Below, piece by piece: positions 54,757-64,000 of a DNA stretch of 64,000 nucleotides (positions are counted from its first letter, which is position 1; each line of letters begins with the position of its first letter). Below the pieces are notes generated by a model. That model was given only the letters and a program-made list of their open reading frames with translations. It did not search any database and was not told where the DNA came from. The position numbers were made by a program, and so were the translations under genes. This DNA comes from Paramecium tetraurelia (Eukaryota): contig CT868062.1 of assembly GCA_000165425.1 (NCBI GenBank), forward strand, positions 62,001-126,000, given 5' to 3'.

Positions 54757-55095
54757 TCATTTCTTTTACTTCTTTTTGGTTTATTGTTTCTTTCCACCTG
54801 CACCAATAACTATTTTGTTGACATCTAAGTAATTGTGAATTAGGTTAAATACTTTATGGGAGTGTTTATTGAATTCCTTGAGGCCTTATTCTTATCAGCT
54901 GTTTTGAAGGTGAAGAGGTATTTCTTTCCTCTCAACTTGAATTTGGTGATCTTCTTGGACTCCTTGATGTAGAGATCTATCAAAATCAAATTAAATTCTA
55001 CTCTTTTTTGGTTCTTTGTTGGCGTCCTTGCCTTAAGCTTCACTACCCTTCATGAGTGAGAGGAACTCTTTAACATCCTGAATTTCCTTAGGCAT
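54757..55095 (-). CDS. RPL38: 60S ribosomal protein L38, with a +1 frameshift at about 54882 as written
   Basis: [48 protein letters not shown]. Introns about 54977-55001 and 54825-54852. Confidence 0.92.
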
Positions 55096-55146
55096 TTAAT
55101 TTAAAAAAGATTTAAAAATTTTAATAATAAAAACAAATTACCTAAT

Positions 55147-55947
55147 TCACTTTTGAACATAATCCTCTTTGCTTTGTTATTCATTCTTACCTCTTAACTT
55201 CTTCAATTGATCCTCAGAATAATGAGTGATTTCAACTGGTTTCTATTGCGTATCTTGATAACGAGACCCCTTCTTCTTGTACACTCTAAATCCGAAAACC
55301 CTCGGAACATACTGTTGATTATTTGGAGCAATCTGAATCTCTTAAACAAAGTTCTTATTAATTATTATCACTCTTCAATACCATGATGAAAACCGACGGG
55401 AATGAACAGCCAAAATAAGCCCCATCCACATCTGGACACTTCTTCTTTGGAATATAAACCTCCTCGCATCTCGGACAGAATACTTTCACTCTCGAAGTTC
55501 GCAATTCCTCACTCATCCCAACAGGTAAAACATTAGATCTTTCACATAATACTCTTGGACAAGCACCAAACTTTCCAGATAGAAATTTATCCTTCATTAG
55601 AGACAACCCTGCTCAATTTGTTGTTTTAATACCTTTTGCCGTAATTATAAATCTGGCATGAATTAACCCATATAAATCTGTTGCTTCTTAATAAACCTCC
55701 AGAAAACGCTCATCTTCCAAGTCCTCATCATCAGGAGTCTCAGAACTTAAAATCAAATCAAGAGCCTCACTAATTGTTCCTTTTTAAAATATTACTTATA
55801 AAAATTAAACTTGCTCTTCAACCCATACAAATTAAAGTTGTCTCTAATAAATTCACTATCGATTTCACATAAAAATTGATGATCCTCCATCTAACAAAAC
55901 CATTAAATCCAACCCCCGCCTTCTGAATATGATGATTCCCCTGACAT
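55147..55947 (-). CDS. CKB: Casein kinase II regulatory subunit beta
   Basis: WIQWFC..EIDSEFIRDNFNLYGL, LYGLIHARFI, FGACPRVLC..LPVG..VKVFCPRC..DGAYFG. Three tiny introns. Confidence 0.95.
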
Positions 55948-55979
55948 ATTTTTATTTAATATTATATTAATTTTATTAG

Positions 55980-57483
55980 TCATTATAAAATCAAAAAGAT
56001 CAAAGTAATCATGCATAATCCAATAATAGCAAATATATAGACGTGCCTAAAATTTTATTTAACTTCCTTCACTACTTTCTCTCTAGATTCTCTCCTTTAT
56101 AAGGTTCTTGATCTCTCTTATTAACTATGTTTTCTCTATTCCATATTACAATAAGATTTCACAGCATTCTTGATTAGATCTTAATGTTTATTCTTAACTT
56201 TTAGCTAGGTCTTTTCAGTATCTTATATTTTCTATTCTCCTCCATTTGTAGGTTCTTCAATTTCGATATCTTTTATATGCTGTAAAGAACATGGCATCTT
56301 GAAACCTTCACAATTTTCAAGTGTCATGATTTCACTAAGATTCTCCTCTTCTTCATTTCTAGAATACAAAGGGAGTATCCTTTATGTATATAGATCCCCA
56401 TATGAATTATTATTAGAATCTTCAGAAGGTTTGTGTAAAATCAAGGTATTTAGAGAAAGTAGCTCATTATTTAATTGAAATGTTTTAATATCTTATAGAT
56501 AACCGTTTAATCTATTATGGACTACATTACAAAGATGATTAGAACCTATTTCAATAGGATTTATTCCAAATATGGTTATTCATAAATCTGAGTAATCTCA
56601 TTTGTTCTCATAAGGCTTAATTATTTATTTTAAAATTGGCCTCTCATCATATTGAAAAGCAAGGCAAATTATTGTTTTTTTATTTTTTCGTTTAAGATAG
56701 AAGTAATAATTGTAGTACTTGCAAATTTAATTGCTAATTATTCCTTAATTGAAAATTCTTCATGATGGTCAATAATCTATTCTTACTATTCCTCTTCAGA
56801 TGGTATCTCATGATTTTAATCGAGAACACTTATTTTACAAATTTTCCTGTTTTGATTACTTCTCATAATATTGAAAAGTGCAAGATAGTAAGACCTTTTT
56901 TGACATTATTTAATAAATTTTGTTATTTTTGTAATTGCTTTGTAAATGTTGGATTGTTCTTTGATTCTCTTAAAGGTTGACTTTTACTGTTACATTACAA
57001 TTTTGTTTAAAATTTCATAAAATACGATTGCTGTTGCAGTAGGCATTTACTGATATGAGTCTTATTGTGTTTGTACTCTATTTTAATGATTTGAAATATC
57101 ATCTAAGCCTGGTGGTAATGATATTGCCTGAGTTAAATCTTAGAAACAATGATGAGGTGTAGTTTTTCTTTCTTGTTGGATAATCCAAAAGTATGTTTAC
57201 AATTTAGCCGATCTGTACTTTTGTAATACATGCAATAGAGACTAAGTGGCTAGAACAATTCTTAGTTAAGTGAATTTCATTGCTAATTTACTTGATTCAT
57301 CTTCTCTCATCTCGCTTAATACTTTACAAGCAACTTTGACTTAAGTCTTACGATCCTATTTATGAATAACATATTTATTACACTTGAAACACAAGACTTA
57401 TTTGTTGAATAGCTAACTATCGAACTTTGATCTGGATTAGTTTTCGTTCTTCTGCAATTCTGAGTTACAATTAATGATTTCAT
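55980..57483 (-). CDS. Tail-anchored protein of unknown function (apparent 1-nt frameshift at about 56561)
   Basis: ATG 57483 with an intron near 57356-57381. C-terminal TM HVYIFAIIGLCMITLIFLILQ-TGA. Confidence 0.65.
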
Positions 57484-58342
57484 AATTATTAAATTATGTT
57501 ATTAAATAAACTCTTATTTTATATTTGCTTGATAAATTAATACATTAGTTTAAGGATAAAATCATTTACTTAAAAATTTTGACTTGTATTTGATTTTATT
57601 TTTCTAAACATTATAAAATTTTCAAATTAATTGTAAAATTTATTTGAATCCTCTTCGTTAATATTCTGTGACTTTCTCCTTCCAATACCTTAAAACAAAT
57701 AAATCAGTTTAAATTTTGATTGTGAATTTAATTGATAGCATTTTTTAAACAGAAAATATTAAATATTAATGTTATGATTTTGATTGAAGAATTGGAATTA
57801 AAATAAATAAAATTTATTAAATTATATCACTCATTCTTAAGCAATGTTCATAAGAGGGAATTTATTATTTTTGTTATTCCTCATTATATCAAAATGATTA
57901 TCATATGATCAATAAAATTATACCTTAAAGCTAGACAACCATTCATTAATATTTAATTTTATTAAATGAATTGCAAGGATTTCATTATTAATTTATATTC
58001 AGATTAACAACAGTTAAGTGAGACTTGATTTTTAAAGACATAGCCTCAAAAATAGATTACAATTAGAGAGATGAGATATTTAATTAATTGAAATATAAAG
58101 AATGTTATTTATTTAAATCCTTGAAAATTCGGTACTATAATCTTGAGTATAAAATTTAAAAATGGTTTGAGATATTATGAAATTTAAACTTATATTTAGA
58201 TTTGGAAGTTTCGAGAAATATTCCTTAGTAAAGGCATTGCCAATTTGAGTCTTGATGGTTGTCATACATAATTCATTGGAAGAGTTAAGGAGAGTATTTA
58301 AATGAGAGGAATATTGTGATTTATGAAATATTATTATTTTTA

Positions 58343-59824
58343 ATGAACAAGAATTCACCGTCACCAAGCTCACCAACCCCTGTGATACTTGTGCTAGTCA
58401 CCAATAAATAGGGGAAAGTATTAGAGCACAGCTAGTTCTTTAGAACATTCTCATCTTTCGGGCAAGTTAAAAAGGTATTTGTTTATTTTGATTTTCGTTT
58501 AGATACTTATATTCGAAAGAAAAATCATTTGGAAAGTGTTCATCGAGTATGAGAATGCTTAACAAGCCCAATCAGCCTTAGTTTTGGATGGGACCCTCTT
58601 TGATTACTAACTGAAAATGAGAGTACACCTCAGTCAACGGGATTCTCTGGTGTTTTAGAATAATAACAATTGTGGTGTTGGTAATACATTTCCCCTATCT
58701 TTTAGATTACACCACCTTACAATCAAAACAGCAGTTTTTCCAACAATTGAAGGAGGACTCAGGCTCTCTCAATCAATAACTACAATAGAATCTAGACATG
58801 CTCAATTAGCTTATTGCTCAACTAAGCTAAACGGCAGATTTGAAAGAACAAATATCCCTTATCCAACAGATATAGGAGTACCGTAATCAAACTTAACAAT
58901 TGACTGTTCTCTACCAGCAGCAATTACGCAATTATGCATCCGTTTTACAAAGGGAGGGAAAGAAATAAAAATAAATCGTATCCACTGTTACCACCCCTTC
59001 ACCCTCCCCCTTTTTGCACTCCACCTTGGATTCCATTAGACAATAGATCCCTGAGGAGTCTTCAGAAGATGATAAGGAGGAGTTTTCTGATGGAGAGAGT
59101 ATCTCCTCCCAATCTTCAGAAAAATCTTAGAAATCTACCCATTCAGAAGACAACTACAATGAAGTCTTTTGTAATGACTCCACAACTCCTTTTTCTTGTG
59201 GTGCCAGTCCCTTTACTCCTTATCCCTAAAAAGTCATAACCAGTCCCTTCATAATGACTCCCACTACTCTCCCAACCTACTTAATAGTTCAGCATCCCAA
59301 CATCAATCTACGTGTGGTGTATAACATCTTTAGTACATTCACACGAGTAGACGCCATTCATCAAAGTCATCATGGAGCCTTTCTTCAACTGGCTTCTAAA
59401 GAAGAGGCAATTCGAATGAAAAATCTACTTGGCAAAGCCTTGCTTTTTGGAGCGCCAATGAATCTTATTGTTTCTGATCAACTTTCTCTTGACGCTCGCT
59501 AGGTTACTTTGCCTCCTAATGAAAGAAAACCACTTCTATAGTAACAACTGTCGAACTCAATCTTGATCACTGGATTAAACGGAGTTACGATAGAGCAAAT
59601 ATATCAATATTTCGGGTGCATCACTCCCATCTTAAATATGAAGTACCCTATTTCAATACTATTTTTCCTAGATTCATTAATCAGAGCTCTTGTAAAATAC
59701 TGTATTCAGATGTCGGATGCAGTCTAAGCGTCTTAGGATATATCCAAGATGCCAAGATTAATGGAAGGTATCAATATATATAATATACTTTAGATCTGTG
59801 TAACTTTCATTCACAGCTTTCTGA
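58343..59824 (+). CDS. PTB/hnRNP-L-like RRM RNA-binding protein
   Basis: FRTFSSFGQVKK|ILIFERK..VFIEYENAQQAQSA..LDG (PTB/hnRNP-L RRM2-like), then two more RRM-like segments (VYNIFSTF..AFLQLAS; ILITGL..IYQYFG). Four tiny introns. Confidence 0.8.
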
Positions 59825-60898
59825 TTAATGAATTCATTCAATATTATAATATTATTTTATCAAGCAATTAATCAATACAATTACATTATTATATATACAT
59901 ATTGATTTCATCAATAGATTCTTCAAACCTAACAAGATATTTTCCATATTTTTATAAAATTGTATAATTTATGATAATAATTTAATATGTAGATAATTAT
60001 CAGTAATTTTTCATAATATTTATGCCAAATAATAATAGGAAAGCAACTAGTCATATGATATTCTTATCAAAAAGGTCTTGAATTGAGAAATCAAATTGGA
60101 ATTTGAATGAATATATATGAATAAATATTAGATTATATCAAGAGCGACAAAACAATACTGAATTAATTAATTAAAATAATTATGTATGCTTATCTCTATG
60201 ATTAATGGTAATTTCTTTTTGAATTCATAGTAAATTTATATCAATATGTCTTAGACACATATAATTATGATATGACAAATATCGAGTATCATTGATTAAT
60301 AATGCTTGTACAACATCTCTCTTTTAATGAAATAATATAGCAACCATTATTAATTAGTTAATCAAGTGATTTGAAATGGAAATTTGAAAACTTAAACCTA
60401 TAAATAATAACTAATTGTATGAGTTAAACAAATATATACAAGGTCCACAATTTTTATTAAATTTAATTAATTTATAAATAATAGAAATTAAAATGTCATA
60501 ATCCAATTACAAAATAAGTAGTTATTGATAAATATAAAATATTCAATTCTCAAAGCAAAAAAGAAAATCTTAATTAATTACTATATTCAGCTTTCAATGG
60601 GTAAATAATCTATGGCAGAATATTAATTTATTTTATAAATAATGAGCTCTCTAACTAAGCCATAAAGTGTAGAAGATCAGTTTTACATTTATTGAGATTT
60701 TAATAGCTTATATTAAGAGATTGAAGTGAATTGATTGTAAAGTATTAGAAAATCAAATAAATGATAGACAGTTAATTTTCAACAAATTCGAAATGTATAT
60801 AATTTTGAATGAACAGATGGTTTTGAACGGGCAATTCTTGAAATAAGAATTGCTGAGTCATTTGAGATATATATCTATAATAATTGTGATATATATAA

Positions 60899-62306
60899 AT
60901 GGATGATAATTTTAAGAAATTGATTAAATCTACCTAACCAGAATCTTTATCTACGATCAGACTATGTAAGAGATTAGGATATCATCCAGAAGATTTAATA
61001 TATAAGTATTTACTTATTCAATATTCTTTTAGATCCATAGATGAATTTTAATCTGTCAATCATGAGATGAGACAAATGAAATATGATAATTACAAAGCTA
61101 AAGTGCTGAGTAAAATCTTAATAATTATTTAACTTAGAAATAATAAATGAAATCAACAATGTGAGATGTAGAAATAAAACGACTGGTGTATCAGAGCTGT
61201 CTAGTTAACCCTTAGTTTAATTATCTTCCATTGGAGATAATGTGAAAGAGTAATCCTAAAGCATATCTGTTAAGGAGAGAGTGCTTTAGAATCTCATTTA
61301 ATAGGAGCTTCTTAGACAAAAAAGGTTTGCTTAATCATATCAATAAAACAATAAAATTTAAGAACACAAAACTAAATTGGCAACTTAGCCTTCCTAAAAA
61401 ATATCAATAAAATCTAAGGAATCTACTTAATTAATGAAAAGGGAATAGTCAAATAGAAGATGTGAAACTCATCGTGAGTTTGAAACCAAGGAGAAATCCT
61501 TAGCTAAATCTAATCAAAAGGTTCTAATAAATAGATAACATATTTTGAAAAAAGAGTAGCATTAATAGGATGAATATATGAAAAAACTTGAAGAGAAGGG
61601 TAATTACGTCTTTATCATAGAAAAGAAAGCAATAGAGAGAATAGAATAATATAAGAGTGAGTTGAAATAGAATCAACAAAAATCTCAGTTTGGAGAAGTG
61701 AAAAACAAGAAGGAGTAACTTGATAATGAATAATATTAATTGTTGATTAATAGATAATATGAGAAATTGCAAAGGTTAAGATTAAAGTAGACTCAATTGG
61801 AGAAGCCTACCAAAAAGCAGATGTTGATAAGAAATAAGACTTAATCATTGATTTTTGATTCAGATCTTGAATCTAGGATGGATTAGAAGATTGAGAGAGT
61901 TGTGAATATGAAATCTCAAATGCTTTCGGAACGATCAAAAATAGCAGATGAGAGGTTGAGGATCAATTAGAATGATGTGAATTTCAACAAATATCATGAT
62001 CAGCAATTGAGGATTAGGGAAGAGTGTAAACGGATAGGATTGATCGAGAGGAAACAGAAATAAAATACTTATTAAATTGATACAAGATATTAGGTGTTAG
62101 AGAAACAAAAAAAGGTATCAGTTTGGGAACAGGTGAATCGAGTTAGTCATTTATTTTCAAGTCCAATAGAGTATGACAAGTATAGAACTCAGATGAAGTT
62201 ACTGTTGAATAAACAAAGGGAAACTTTGGAGATGAAAAATCGAAATCGCATAGATATATTATATAAATTGTTACCCTAGTAAATGGCAGAAAAAGTTTTA
62301 TAATGA
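60899..62306 (+). CDS. Coiled-coil protein of unknown function
   Basis: MDDNFKKLIKSTQPESLSTIRLCKRLGYHPEDLIYK... Introns about 61006-61032, 61110-61137 and 61600-61620. TGA 62304-62306. Confidence 0.75.
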
Positions 62307-62312
62307 TAAATT

Positions 62313-62594
62313 TCATATTATCTAACAAAATTGTTTACAGCAGGGATCGGACTCCTCTTTCTCTTCAATATGATTATAGTGTTTCCAATTTTCCACTATG
62401 TGTATATCACACACTTATTGAGAAGGGATGATTTCGTCTCTGAAGCAGATGTGAAACTTTAGTTATTTATTGATTGGATTTCCAAATTTATCAACTCTAA
62501 CATCCTGATCTACTTCTGGATCTTCATCATCGTCAAAGTTCGATCTACAAAGCTCTTGAATATTTTGTAGTTTGTATTTAGGTCCTTGCAACAT
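62313..62594 (-). CDS. 93-aa protein with RVxF-like motif and C-terminal CaaX box
   Basis: MLQGPKYKL..DKFGNPINKQLKFHICFRD..VENWKHYN..PCCKQFCQII-TGA. Intronless 282-nt ORF. Confidence 0.75.
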
Positions 62595-62903
62595 TTTATT
62601 AAATTATTATGACTTTATTTGAACATATTAATTTCCTCAATGAATGGCTAAGACATTTAATAGTTAAACAACAAGAAATACAGTATTTTGAGTTAATCTA
62701 AAAGATCATATAAATTGATTTGTTGATAATAAAAATATTAGTAAAATTTTGATTTAAACCTAAATATTAATTATTACATTCTTAATGTGCATTGAATGAA
62801 GAAATCTAATATTCAAAATTCTGAAGATTAGTGGATAATAGGTATATTTAGTTTAATGTTGATTAAATATATTTAGTTTAATGTATATTAAATATATATA
62901 AGA

Positions 62904-63668
62904 TCACCCATCATTTAATATTTATGCTGATTATTGTAGTAAACCTTGCAAAGAGAAGGGGGACGTAGCTACATAAGGGGATTGGTTGACTACTATTCTA
63001 TTAAGTTATTTTTAGGGACTGGAGTAAGAGAATGTAGTTTAAACATCTTTGAGTAATTATAATTCTTTGGTTTGAGTATTGAGTTAACTTTTAAGGGTCT
63101 CACATTGTAATCTGAGACATTTTTGTTGGTCATGTTGATTAGTGGAACCACAAACACACTCTGTTGTTGGGTTGCAGATAGAGACATGAGTTATGAAATC
63201 TTTTTTGTATGTCTGTTAACTGCATTCTTGCTTAGGACAGGTGATAGTATTATATCCACATTTCTGTTCATGAATTCTCAAATCTGGATAGCAGAGTTCT
63301 TCAGAACAACCGTTGATTCTGTTTTGACATGAGAATTTGACACTGGTGTATAATTTATGAAACATTTTTGGTAGTTAAGATGTTAGAACTGTAACAACTT
63401 CACAATTAGGACAGAAGCCTCTGTAATTGATATCCTAAACATATTTAGTGTTCTTATTGATCAGAATGGTTTGAACAGTTATTTCGATCGGTTCAGGAAT
63501 CTGATCATCTGCATAAGGGATGCATTTAAAGCAAAAGTTCTCATGACATTTAAGACATATCAATTATTGTAGAGACAGTGATTTGCAACATTGACAGACG
63601 AGGTGAGGCAGGAAAGTCGAAACTTTGGCATAATTTGCAATTCTATTTTCAGGCAAAGGGAAATTCAT
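62904..63668 (-). CDS. RING-like plus TRAF/SIAH-type zinc-finger protein
   Basis: CQCC..CLKCHENFCFKC..CPNC, then FSCQNRINGCSEELCYPDLRIHEQKCGY..CPKQEC..HVSIC. 765-nt ORF. Confidence 0.75.
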
Positions 63669-63706
63669 TAAAGTATAATAATATTAATTATTAACAAACA
63701 TATTGA

Positions 63707-64000
63707 TCAAACCCTTTTAGCTTCTTGGAAGTGTTTGGCAAAGGTCTAAGCGACAACCAAAGGAAACACTAGAGTAGCCTCAGAGAACACTTTTACATAT
63801 TCAGCATCCACTCTTAATTTACCCCAAGTGATTCCTTCTGATGGCTTGGCACCAGCATCACTTCCATCATATTCGATGCCAGTATTAATGAATACAGCCA
63901 AATCTGCACCATTTCTCCAGATATTCGCATTCATTATATGGTGTTTAACCACTCCTCCTCCCAATATTACCAATCCTGATTTCTTAGAATACATGGCTTT
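63707..64000 (-). CDS. DHS: Deoxyhypusine synthase, C-terminal part (5' end outside window)
   Basis: [62 protein letters not shown]. Confidence 0.95.

Noticed and set aside
56575..56610. Two in-frame TGA codons as possible readthrough or selenocysteine
   Set aside because: An alternative frame is open and more protein-like there, so a single frameshift explains it better.
60642..60890. ATG-led frame with four TGA codons, suggesting TGA=Trp or readthrough
   Set aside because: No recognisable domain, and all clear genes here use TGA as stop. More likely intergenic or decayed sequence.

Overview
This is AT-rich, gene-dense ciliate macronuclear DNA, very probably Paramecium (aurelia group). TAA and TAG read as Gln, TGA is the only stop (translation table 6), and genes carry tiny 20-33 nt GT..AG introns. 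The supplied standard-code ORF track therefore fragments almost every gene. Re-translated by hand in code 6, the window holds about 30 protein genes. These include IFT144/WDR19, a NOT2-box protein, a VAP-like MSP protein, a 3-repeat Myb, a DENND4-like Rab GEF, a MAPKK, a CCDC17-like protein, RPN11, RPL38, CK2-beta, a PTB/hnRNP-L-like RRM protein and deoxyhypusine synthase. Three things stand out. (1) Five diverged genes form a family of large type-I membrane proteins with beta-rich ectodomains, shared intron positions and differing endolysosomal-type tail motifs. (2) The NOT2 stop overlaps the next gene's start (ATGA), and a candidate 23-nt intron would fuse the two in frame. (3) Several otherwise intact genes, including RPN11 and RPL38, have single-base frameshifts. 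All calls come from manual translation and motif recognition; no database search was run.
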